From NCBI GenBank assembly GCA_964474475.1, contig CAYYTD010000002.1, positions 1 through 32,747 on the forward strand: a stretch of 32,747 bases of DNA, read 5' to 3'. The translations under genes were made by a program, and so were the position numbers. This document shows, in pieces, positions 26,301-32,747 of this stretch. Source of the DNA: an uncultured Oscillospiraceae bacterium (GTDB lineage Bacteria; Bacillota; Clostridia; Christensenellales; CAG-314). The notes below the pieces were generated by a model, which was not told where the DNA came from, did not search any database, and saw nothing but the letters and a program-made list of their open reading frames with translations. Within the stretch, counting starts at the first letter, position 1, and each line of letters starts with the position of its first letter.

Positions 26301-26394
26301 CATGACTTACGACGAAACAATCGGTAGCGACCAAGCTTGGGCTGAATACGTAAAAGCTCAAGGCGGCACGCTTAATTACAAGGTAAGTAACTAA
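23311..26394 (+). CDS. Family-5 (Opp/Dpp/Nik-type) ABC substrate-binding lipoprotein, 1027 aa, with an N-terminal Cys/His-rich repeat region
   Basis: GGAGG RBS. Signal MKKTKLMLVIILALIMVASLTLVAC (lipobox). SBP_bac_5-like core (WKLELRHDLRFDNGDRITTADFIETAKRLL). Residues 25-220 hold ~30 Cys in ten repeats. Confidence 0.88.
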   Translation: MKKTKLMLVIILALIMVASLTLVACDPSTDPCQDGKHVDINGDGICDICQAKVEAKCTHADANHDGVCDKCSEPGLTVEHTWANGVCFGCGKTCVHEWESGVCKVCALVCAHTFGATDGVCTICGTKDPNYDPECYPHVIVNGVCTNCGKGCNHVWVNGVCSVCSFQCDHEWANGVCTTCSAACAHDWTDRQGECSICHSTCTAHQFKFGLCLTCGVKDANPSETWTYNQATSQLPTGWNELNYQANTATLVLDYTTGGFFTFDYNATKDGYVMVPAMAKDFPTNVTAEYASKWGIKPEDDGSYSPYIWKLELRHDLRFDNGDRITTADFIETAKRLLAPEAANYRANSLYSGSMVIVGAENYAKQGSVGYEPIEWDDDGKYNGKLWAELSEEEQKNIFFSLEGSTVAQWAKKNYSSYAVSYVLYALFGAESEAAVKALDEKSAYEILNDPAMKATYETLLGAWQTDPGEEFDFFSEKITWSEFSWENVGLVALDEYNLLFVLKKPLEGFYLHYAMGLPLVHVETYDACAKIEGGVYTNTYGTSVDTFVGYGPYRLTYFVADNSIQFTKNEFWYGYNDEVNKSLYQTTGVSIKKITGDTRLQAFLKGETDSYGLEAKDMEDYQQSKYNYFTEGDSTWFVALNPSTDGLRSAEELANANKPEKTVVKRILAIKEFRQALSFAIDRANYALTLDPMSSTALALYGNMIIADPELGTAYRTTEQAKDTILNFWGLSNWDTLVDEDGERLYATKEEAIASIKGYDPAGAKTLFDKAYDEAVKREFITAEMIASGKWVVQIIIGKPAEHDYYNNGYNYLNQVWAEAIKGTKLEGHVEFKQSQVLGDSFAEFLQRNEVDVLFGVGWTGSTLDPYGLIEAYVSPNYQYDPAWDTTGTTADITHEGKVLRASVYDWYLALAGEKITTVVVGADGKETEETVEITAGPSAEMELRVSILATIENAVLQQYDMIPVGNEASASLKGMRIKFYTEEYVFGVGRGGIKYMTYDETIGSDQAWAEYVKAQGGTLNYKVSN

Positions 26395-26407
26395 TTTGCA
26401 TTCACTT

Positions 26408-26434
26408 TGTGCGGCAGGTTGTGTGCCTGCCGTG
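26408..26434 (+). other. Intercistronic stem-loop 1
   Basis: GTGCGGCAGG pairs with CCTGCCGTGC (10 bp including two G-U), 7-nt loop, no T run. Confidence 0.5.
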
Positions 26435-26477
26435 CAAGTAGCAAAGTAAACTTGCCAACAACTTAACAGTTAATGCT

Positions 26478-26518
26478 AATGTGAGCATAGGGACGAATTT
26501 TGTCCCTATGCCTACATT
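26478..26518 (+). other. Intercistronic stem-loop 2
   Basis: Perfect 10-bp core GCATAGGGAC/GTCCCTATGC (26485-26511), extendable to ~17 bp. No T run. Confidence 0.6.
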
Positions 26519-26611
26519 ACGCTTAACGACTTTTCAATTTTTAATAGTATTTTGTCAAGTTCGGACGCGTTTCCGAATTTGGCTAAGTACTACAACAAGG
26601 AGAATACAGCC

Positions 26612-27901
26612 ATGTATTTACTAAAATACATTCTAAAGCGCGTTTTGCTGATGCTGTTCGTGTTCATCGTTATTTCAACGATGTGCTTCGTGCTGATCAA
26701 AATGCTGCCCAACAGGCCCGCCAAGGAATTTGGCGCAGACCAAGCAATTATTGAGGCAAAGCGCGAAATGATGGGTTACGACCGAACCTACATGGAACAA
26801 TACTTCTTTTACATTTTCGGTAGAGTCGGTTACACCTACGATGTGCTGGACGAGCACGGCAACAAAATTCAAGAGACGGATACTTCCGGCAATTTGAAGT
26901 GGTTGCAACAAGACAAGCTGGACGAAAACGGCGACGTGATGTATTGGCAAAATGAAAAGGGCGAATACCTTGATGCCAGCGGAAACGTGACCACTCGCCC
27001 CGGACACTACGTTGCTCTTCAAGAAGACGTGTTGGACGAAAACGGCAACAAAATACCCGTTTACAAGCAAAAAACCGTCTACAACAAAGCCGACCTGCCC
27101 GAAAGCATTGCTGCTAACAGCAAGCTTTACACTCGCAAAAGCTACGGCGGCATCATTCGCGGCAGCTTTGGTCCCAGCGAAAAGTTCCAAGTAGGCGTTG
27201 ACGTAGGTAAAATATTTGCCGACCGTCTTCCTTACACGATGGCAGTAAACCTGTACTCCATTTTGTTGTCCATTCCTTTGGGTTTGGGACTTGGCATTAT
27301 TGCCGCTCTCAAAAAGAACAAATGGCAGGACCACGTAATTAGCATTGGCGTAATGATTTTCGTTTCCGTGCCCAGCTTTATTTACGGATTCATCGTTAAG
27401 TACCTGTTCTACTACAAACTTGGTTGGACGACCTCCATTATGGACACTACTCAAGGCCCGTGGAGCTGGACGGCACTCAAAACCATGTACGCGGCAGTGC
27501 TGTGCTTGTCCTTTGGTAGTATTGCAGGCTTTGCCCGTTACACTCGTGCGGAGCTGACGGAAGTGCTTACAAGCGAATTTATGTTGCTTGCACGTACCAA
27601 GGGCTTAACCCGTGGACAAGCTACCTTGCGACACGCCTTGCGTAATGCAATGGTGCCCATCTTCCCCATGATTTTGGGCGAGTTCGTCAGCATTTTGAGC
27701 GGCTCACTTATCATTGAGGACATGTACTCCATTCCGGGTGTTGGAGCGCTGTACGTTACGGCAGTTCAATCCAACCCGCCGGATACGAACTTATTTATGC
27801 TCATCGGCATGTTCTACACGCTTATCGGCCTTGCCGCTAACATCGTGGTAGACATCAGCTACGGTATCATCGACCCGCGTATCAGAATGGGGGCAAGATA
27901 A
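26612..27901 (+). CDS. ABC importer permease (OppB/DppB-type) with an enlarged extracytoplasmic loop
   Basis: AAGGAG RBS at 26597-26602. N-terminus MYLLKYILKRVLLMLFVFIV is typical of OppB. The C-terminal BPD_transp_1 region ends IDPRIR. About 150 extra aa lie between TM1 and TM2. Confidence 0.88.
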   Translation: MYLLKYILKRVLLMLFVFIVISTMCFVLIKMLPNRPAKEFGADQAIIEAKREMMGYDRTYMEQYFFYIFGRVGYTYDVLDEHGNKIQETDTSGNLKWLQQDKLDENGDVMYWQNEKGEYLDASGNVTTRPGHYVALQEDVLDENGNKIPVYKQKTVYNKADLPESIAANSKLYTRKSYGGIIRGSFGPSEKFQVGVDVGKIFADRLPYTMAVNLYSILLSIPLGLGLGIIAALKKNKWQDHVISIGVMIFVSVPSFIYGFIVKYLFYYKLGWTTSIMDTTQGPWSWTALKTMYAAVLCLSFGSIAGFARYTRAELTEVLTSEFMLLARTKGLTRGQATLRHALRNAMVPIFPMILGEFVSILSGSLIIEDMYSIPGVGALYVTAVQSNPPDTNLFMLIGMFYTLIGLAANIVVDISYGIIDPRIRMGAR

Positions 27902-27903
27902 TT

Positions 27904-29544
27904 ATGAATAACAATCAATTTGAATTATACAACGATATACCGCAAGATAAATTTGCCTTTGCCAAGTCGGCAGGTGACAGGCACGATCAAAAGCTTGACA
28001 CCAAGCCGGTAGGTTACTTCCGTGATGCGTTTTCGCGCTTTGCCAAGAACAAGGCGTCCGTAGTTGCGGCAATAGTAATTTTGATTTTGATACTGTACGC
28101 CATCGTTGGTCCTTTCTTTATCGAGGACAGCTACGTAGACGCTTACGCAACGGACAAATACATTGCAATGTACCAAAACTTGCTTCCTCGCTTGAACATT
28201 TTTGAGGGTACAGGCTTTTGGGATGGTTCGGAAGTGAAAGAAGTATCCTCCGCAACTTACTGGAAGTACAAAGGAATAGCGCAAGAAACGGGGCTAAACC
28301 CCATCCAAAAGGTTATTTCTATGGAAGTGGTCGGCGACGAAATAGTCGGACAGTCCATCATGTACAAGCTGCGTGTGGATACCTACTACACCCTTAAAAC
28401 GTTCGAAGTTACATTTGCCAGCCTTGAGGAATTTCGCGAATTGCAACGTTGGCAGGACGAAAACGGCATTCAAGTAATTTTGCCCACCGTTGACCGCACC
28501 AAGAGCAAAATCACATCCGACATGAGCGTTTGGTACGAGTGCGACAGGCAAGGTGTGCCCGCGTTTGACGAAAACGGAGAGCTTATCCCTGCGTACGTTC
28601 AAACGGGAACGGACAAGTACGACAGCACCATGCGTATTGCCGGTGACCCCGGTATTAAAGCGTTGGAGCGTGTTGCAGGCATCACCGACGAAGAAGAACG
28701 CCAAGCAGCGTTAAATGCCGACGAAGACTGGCTCCATCGTTACCGTTACGCCTACCGTGGCTCGTCCGGTGCAGGCGACGGCGCACTCAACTATGTAGTT
28801 CGTGTAAACGCTTACAATTATTTTAGGTATCAATACGGCTTTAAACCCGGCTTTGCATTTGGAACCAACAGCAAGGGCTACGACATCTTTACCCGTCTTG
28901 CAAGCGGTGCGCGTTTCAGCTTTATTTTGGCTATTTGCGTATCCGTCATCAACCTTACCATTGGCGCAATTTACGGTGCAATCGAGGGTTACTACGGCGG
29001 CGCTGCGGATATGATTATGGAACGTGTTTCGGACATTTTGAGCGGCGTTCCGAGTACGGTAGTGACCATATTATTCCAGCTACACCTAGCGGACAAGGTA
29101 GGTGTGGTGGGGGCACTGGTGTACTCCTTTGTGCTAACCGGCTGGATAGGCATGGCATCTAGCGTGCGTATGCAGTTCTACCGATACAAAAATCAGGAAT
29201 ACGTTTTGGCGGCGCGCACTTTGGGCGCAAACGACTGGCGTATCATTTGGAAACACATCTTCCCCAACTCGTTGGGCACGCTAATTACCGGCAGTGTGTT
29301 CGTCATTCCGGGCGTAATGCTCAGCGAAACGTCACTGTCCTACTTGGGCATTCTCAATTTGGACAGCCCCACGCGCGCATCCATCGGTGCAATGCTTTCG
29401 GCAGGCAAGGACAACATGTCTACCTATCCTCACGTTGTGTTCTTCCCCGCACTGTTCATTGGCTTGTTGATGATTTGCTTCAACCTGTTCGGCAACGGAC
29501 TTCGCGATGCCTTTAACCCCGCTTTGCGCGGCACGGAGGAGTGA
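27904..29544 (+). CDS. ABC importer permease (OppC/DppC-type) with a ~230-aa extracytoplasmic insertion
   Basis: OppC_N-like FSRFAKNKASVVAAIVILILILYAIVGPFF. The C-terminal permease core ends GNGLRDAFNP. 546 aa versus a usual ~300. Confidence 0.88.
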   Translation: MNNNQFELYNDIPQDKFAFAKSAGDRHDQKLDTKPVGYFRDAFSRFAKNKASVVAAIVILILILYAIVGPFFIEDSYVDAYATDKYIAMYQNLLPRLNIFEGTGFWDGSEVKEVSSATYWKYKGIAQETGLNPIQKVISMEVVGDEIVGQSIMYKLRVDTYYTLKTFEVTFASLEEFRELQRWQDENGIQVILPTVDRTKSKITSDMSVWYECDRQGVPAFDENGELIPAYVQTGTDKYDSTMRIAGDPGIKALERVAGITDEEERQAALNADEDWLHRYRYAYRGSSGAGDGALNYVVRVNAYNYFRYQYGFKPGFAFGTNSKGYDIFTRLASGARFSFILAICVSVINLTIGAIYGAIEGYYGGAADMIMERVSDILSGVPSTVVTILFQLHLADKVGVVGALVYSFVLTGWIGMASSVRMQFYRYKNQEYVLAARTLGANDWRIIWKHIFPNSLGTLITGSVFVIPGVMLSETSLSYLGILNLDSPTRASIGAMLSAGKDNMSTYPHVVFFPALFIGLLMICFNLFGNGLRDAFNPALRGTEE

Positions 29545-29545
29545 T

Positions 29546-31702
29546 ATGGAAAAGAAACTTGAAGTAAAAAACTTAATCATTTCCTTCCGCACACAGGGCG
29601 GCAAGGTGCAGGCTGTTCGCAACATCAATTTTGACCTGTACAAGGGCGAAACCTTGGCAATAGTGGGCGAATCGGGTAGCGGCAAATCCGTTACCAACCG
29701 TGCCGTTATCGGCATTTTGGCAGGCAACGCCATCGTAGAAGGTGGCGAAATCATCTACGACGGACAAGATTTGCTCAAAATTTCCGAAGACGAATTTCAC
29801 AAAATTCGCGGCGACAAAATCGCCATGATCTTCCAAGACCCTATGTCCAGCCTCAACCCCATCATGAAGGTGGGCAAGCAGCTTACCGAAGCAATGCTTT
29901 TGAAGAGCAGCTCGGGCAGAAAAAACGCTCGCCGCAACTTTAACGGCAAGCTCAAGTTGCTCAACGCCACCATGAACGAAGTGGCAGGCGGCAACGAAGA
30001 ACAAATTCAGTACAACGTGGAAAGCTGCAAAACTTTTGATAGTTTTTGCATTAACAGCACCAAGTTGGAGAGCGCCTACAACGAAATTCGCCGTAGAACG
30101 GTAGAATTGGAGTTGGACGTTCAAGACGTACTGTTTTTGATTTCCAAAAATCAAAAAATCGAAGTTGGCAAAACGCTCAAACACGTTCTTGCCGCGCTGC
30201 CCACAACCCTTCACCCCGACATCGTGGTTATGGACGAACGCTTGACGGCGGACATGGCAGTCCTCAAGGAAGAACTTGCCGTCAAGGAAGCCGAAACGCT
30301 GTCCGAAAAGGCTCAAAAAGCGCTTGAAGACATCGACGAAATTCTCAACGCCGCAATCAGCCGTCCAGGCCCCAACTACTTCACATTGGGATACTACATG
30401 ATGAAGAATCCCGAGGCGCAGTTGGACGACATGCCCCTTGACGAGTTGACTACCATGACGCGTGAATTCCTCGATGAAGACTTCATGCTCAAGTTTATTG
30501 AGGAAGGCGCCAAGGCAATGGCACTTTCTCACGAAAAGAGTATCGCAGCCAAAGTTGCGTTGTTGCCCGAACTTGACAAGCTGGAAGAATTGTTCTCCGC
30601 CGAAGAGCTGAACAAAAAACAATGCCTTGCGGCAATCAAAGCCGTTTCGGCCAAAGTGAAGGGAGCAATCAACAATTTGCTCGTCCACAAAAACAGTACG
30701 GAATTCGTGTTTGAATCCAGCTTGACGGACGCAGTGGATAAGTACTTCTTCGGCATTGTAAATAACCCCAAAGAGATTGCTCGTTTCGAAAAACAAAGCG
30801 AAAAGTACCAAAAGGCGCTGGATAAGGGCAAAACCCCCGATTACAAAATTATTCCTGCCGCTTTGGTCGACTTGGAACTTGCCAAGGAAAATATTCGCAA
30901 GGTAATTCGCGGCTTGGCAGATAACTATGCTAACCAAATTGCCAACGCCGATCAATTCGATGCAAAGGCGCAAATGGTGGATCTCATCGACTATCTCAAG
31001 GAACAAGCTTCCGCCGTGGTGCAAAAGATCACGCCCAAAATGGCCAAAGCCAAGGCGCTCAACTTGCTCAAAGAGGTTGGTATTCCCGAGCCTGCAATTC
31101 GTTACAATCAATATCCCTTTGAGTTTTCCGGCGGTATGCGCCAACGTATAGTTATTGCAATTGCGCTTGCTGCCAACCCGGATATCCTCATTTGCGACGA
31201 ACCGACGACTGCGTTGGACGTTACCATTCAATCTCAAATTCTTGAATTGATCAACCGCATCAAGGCGGAACGTAACTTGTCCGTAATATTCATCACGCAC
31301 GACTTGGGTGTCGTTGCAAACATGGCGGACAGAATTGCCGTTATGTACGCAGGTAAAATTGTCGAGTACGGCACGGCGGACGATGTATTCTACGATCCTC
31401 GCCATCCTTACACTTGGGCTTTGCTCAGTTCCATGCCCGACCTTGACACCAAGGAAAAGCTGGAAGCAATTCCCGGAACTCCGCCCAACATGATTTATCC
31501 GCCGCAAGGCGACGCATTTGCCGCTCGTAACAAGTACGCGCTGGAAATCGACTTTGAACAGCAACCGCCAATGTTCCAGGTGTCCGATACTCACTACGCT
31601 GCAACTTGGTTGTTGCACCCCAACGCTCCTCACGTAGACCCGCCGCGTATCGTAACGGATCGCATCGAGCGTATGTCCAAAAAGGAACAGGAGGTAAAGT
31701 AA
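29546..31702 (+). CDS. ABC importer ATPase (OppD-type) with a ~375-aa insertion inside the NBD
   Basis: GGAGGA RBS. Walker [10 protein letters not shown]-loop [11 protein letters not shown], then ~375 helical residues before signature FSGGMRQR. Walker [10 protein letters not shown]-loop ITHD, and a C-terminal oligo_HPY-like tail. Confidence 0.9.
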   Translation: MEKKLEVKNLIISFRTQGGKVQAVRNINFDLYKGETLAIVGESGSGKSVTNRAVIGILAGNAIVEGGEIIYDGQDLLKISEDEFHKIRGDKIAMIFQDPMSSLNPIMKVGKQLTEAMLLKSSSGRKNARRNFNGKLKLLNATMNEVAGGNEEQIQYNVESCKTFDSFCINSTKLESAYNEIRRRTVELELDVQDVLFLISKNQKIEVGKTLKHVLAALPTTLHPDIVVMDERLTADMAVLKEELAVKEAETLSEKAQKALEDIDEILNAAISRPGPNYFTLGYYMMKNPEAQLDDMPLDELTTMTREFLDEDFMLKFIEEGAKAMALSHEKSIAAKVALLPELDKLEELFSAEELNKKQCLAAIKAVSAKVKGAINNLLVHKNSTEFVFESSLTDAVDKYFFGIVNNPKEIARFEKQSEKYQKALDKGKTPDYKIIPAALVDLELAKENIRKVIRGLADNYANQIANADQFDAKAQMVDLIDYLKEQASAVVQKITPKMAKAKALNLLKEVGIPEPAIRYNQYPFEFSGGMRQRIVIAIALAANPDILICDEPTTALDVTIQSQILELINRIKAERNLSVIFITHDLGVVANMADRIAVMYAGKIVEYGTADDVFYDPRHPYTWALLSSMPDLDTKEKLEAIPGTPPNMIYPPQGDAFAARNKYALEIDFEQQPPMFQVSDTHYAATWLLHPNAPHVDPPRIVTDRIERMSKKEQEVK

Positions 31703-31703
31703 A

Positions 31704-32747
31704 ATGGCAGATAACAAACAAGTTTTGCTGTCGGTGCAGCACCTCGAACAGTTTTTCAAAATGGGCAGGCAACAGCTCAAAGCCGTCAACGACGTAAGCT
31801 TTGACATTTACAAGGGCGAAGTTTTTGGTTTGGTTGGCGAATCGGGCTGCGGCAAAACGACCACCGGACGTTCTATTATTCGTTTATACGACATAACGGG
31901 CGGCTCGGTGTACTTTGACGGACAGCGTATTTGCGCGGGCATCCGCACCTACAAACAAGCCGTTGCCGATGCGAAAGCAAAGGCACAGGCGCAATTGGAG
32001 GTGCTGAACGCGCAACCGCAGTCGGCCGAACGTGACGCCGAGATGGCTGCCATTCGCGCGGAGTTGGAAGCGGAAATCAAAAAGCAAACGGAAGAAATCC
32101 GCAAGGCGAAGGACGATCACAAGAATTGCAACAAAAAGTACGCCAGGGCGCAAATGCAAGCCGTCAAGGACGAGTATTTGCCTCGGTTGGATGCAATGCC
32201 TGAAAGCGAAGAAAAGGAAAAGCTCCAGGCGGAATACAAGTCGGCGTTGAAACTTGCGTCGAAAGATAGGATCATGAACAAAATCCAAATGATTTTCCAG
32301 GATCCCATTGCATCGCTCAATCCCCGTATGACCGTTCGTGAAATTATTGCCGAAGGTCTTATCGTTAGAGGAATCAAAGACAAGCAGTACATTGACGAGC
32401 AAGTATTTAAGGTTTTGGATTTGGTCGGTTTGGTTCCGGAACACGCAAACCGTTATCCGCACGAGTTTTCGGGCGGTCAGCGTCAGCGTATCGGCATTGC
32501 ACGCGCAATCGTGCTCAACCCAGAGTTGATCATTGCCGACGAGCCCATTTCGGCATTGGACGTTTCCATTCAAGCGCAAGTAATTAACCTGCTCAACGAT
32601 TTGCGTCACGACTTGGGACTCACCATCATGTTCATCGCGCACGACTTGTCCGTCGTCAAGTACTTCTCGGACAGAATTGCCGTAATGTACTTTGGTAAGA
32701 TAGTGGAGTTGACCACCAGTGACGAACTGTTCAGTCATCCGTTGCAT
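31704..32747 (+). CDS. ABC importer ATPase (OppF-type), 3'-truncated by the window, with a ~100-aa coiled-coil insertion
   Basis: Not in the supplied track because there is no stop in the window. AGGAGG RBS at 31689-31694 and ATG at 31704; the frame is open for 348 codons. Walker [45 protein letters not shown]. Confidence 0.9.
   Translation, partial: MADNKQVLLSVQHLEQFFKMGRQQLKAVNDVSFDIYKGEVFGLVGESGCGKTTTGRSIIRLYDITGGSVYFDGQRICAGIRTYKQAVADAKAKAQAQLEVLNAQPQSAERDAEMAAIRAELEAEIKKQTEEIRKAKDDHKNCNKKYARAQMQAVKDEYLPRLDAMPESEEKEKLQAEYKSALKLASKDRIMNKIQMIFQDPIASLNPRMTVREIIAEGLIVRGIKDKQYIDEQVFKVLDLVGLVPEHANRYPHEFSGGQRQRIGIARAIVLNPELIIADEPISALDVSIQAQVINLLNDLRHDLGLTIMFIAHDLSVVKYFSDRIAVMYFGKIVELTTSDELFSHPLH

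Noticed and set aside
23392-26361. 989-aa ORF on the minus strand, antisense to the whole binding-protein gene. Similar cases: 29573..31807 (744 aa), 31884..32747 (287 aa), 9073..10179 (368 aa), 18081..18851 (256 aa), 20251..21003 (250 aa), 12534..13178 and 26675..27454.
   Set aside because: Where I checked the register (the ORFs opposite the SBP, OppD, PilB, coiled-coil and ThpR genes), each antisense ORF is exactly codon-aligned with the sense gene. Each stays open simply because the sense genes avoid TTA, CTA and TCA codons. The translations are low-complexity Val/Phe/Asn/Gly-rich with no RBS or motifs, whereas the sense strands carry unambiguous family motifs. They are shadow ORFs, not genes.
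1-32747. CRISPR arrays, IS elements, integrases, tRNA/rRNA genes, DnaA-box clusters
   Set aside because: I scanned for regularly spaced repeats, transposase or integrase-like ORFs, cloverleaf-capable segments and TTATCCACA-like boxes. None were found, and the only repeats are those reported above.

Overview
This looks like a Firmicutes/Clostridia-type chromosomal segment. It has roughly mid-40s % GC by eye, GGAGG ribosome-binding sites, lipobox signal peptides and a Bacillus-style DnaB/DnaD-plus-DnaI loader pair. I saw no rRNA, tRNA, CRISPR array, transposase or integrase.

Gene content in order:
(1) 1-246: the 3' end of an AT-rich hypothetical gene.
(2) 523-13148: a type IV pilus-like locus. 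It opens with a consensus promoter whose spacer is a G10 tract, followed by a ~300-nt leader and a 582-aa modular pilin with a beta-helix-like C-terminal module of clearly lower GC. Next come a small lipoprotein with its own promoter and terminator, then three translationally coupled minor pilins. These are followed by a PilM-like protein, prepilin peptidase, the PilC platform and the PilB ATPase. The locus ends with a 916-aa cytoplasmic protein that I cannot assign to any family. No PilN/O, PilT or secretin is present.
(3) 13430-15792, minus strand: the dnaB(DnaD-domain)/dnaI pair.
(4) 16026-19187: a 1053-aa Rad50/SbcC-like coiled-coil protein in which every ATPase motif is degenerate.
(5) 19346-22799: housekeeping genes, namely YqeY-like, YcxB-like, ThpR and an M1 metallopeptidase lipoprotein.
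(6) 22985-32747: an Opp/Dpp-type ABC importer in which all five components are oversized. The binding lipoprotein is 1027 aa and starts with ten tandem Cys3-His mini-repeats, both permeases carry large ecto-loops, OppD has a ~375-aa insertion, and OppF has a ~100-aa coiled-coil insertion. OppF runs off the window and is missing from the supplied ORF track.

Best candidates for something undescribed: the atypical pilus locus (modular pilin, G-tract promoter, 916-aa orphan partner), the pseudo-ATPase SMC-like protein, and the Cys/His-repeat expanded ABC importer.

All calls rest on reading motifs by eye. No database search was run.
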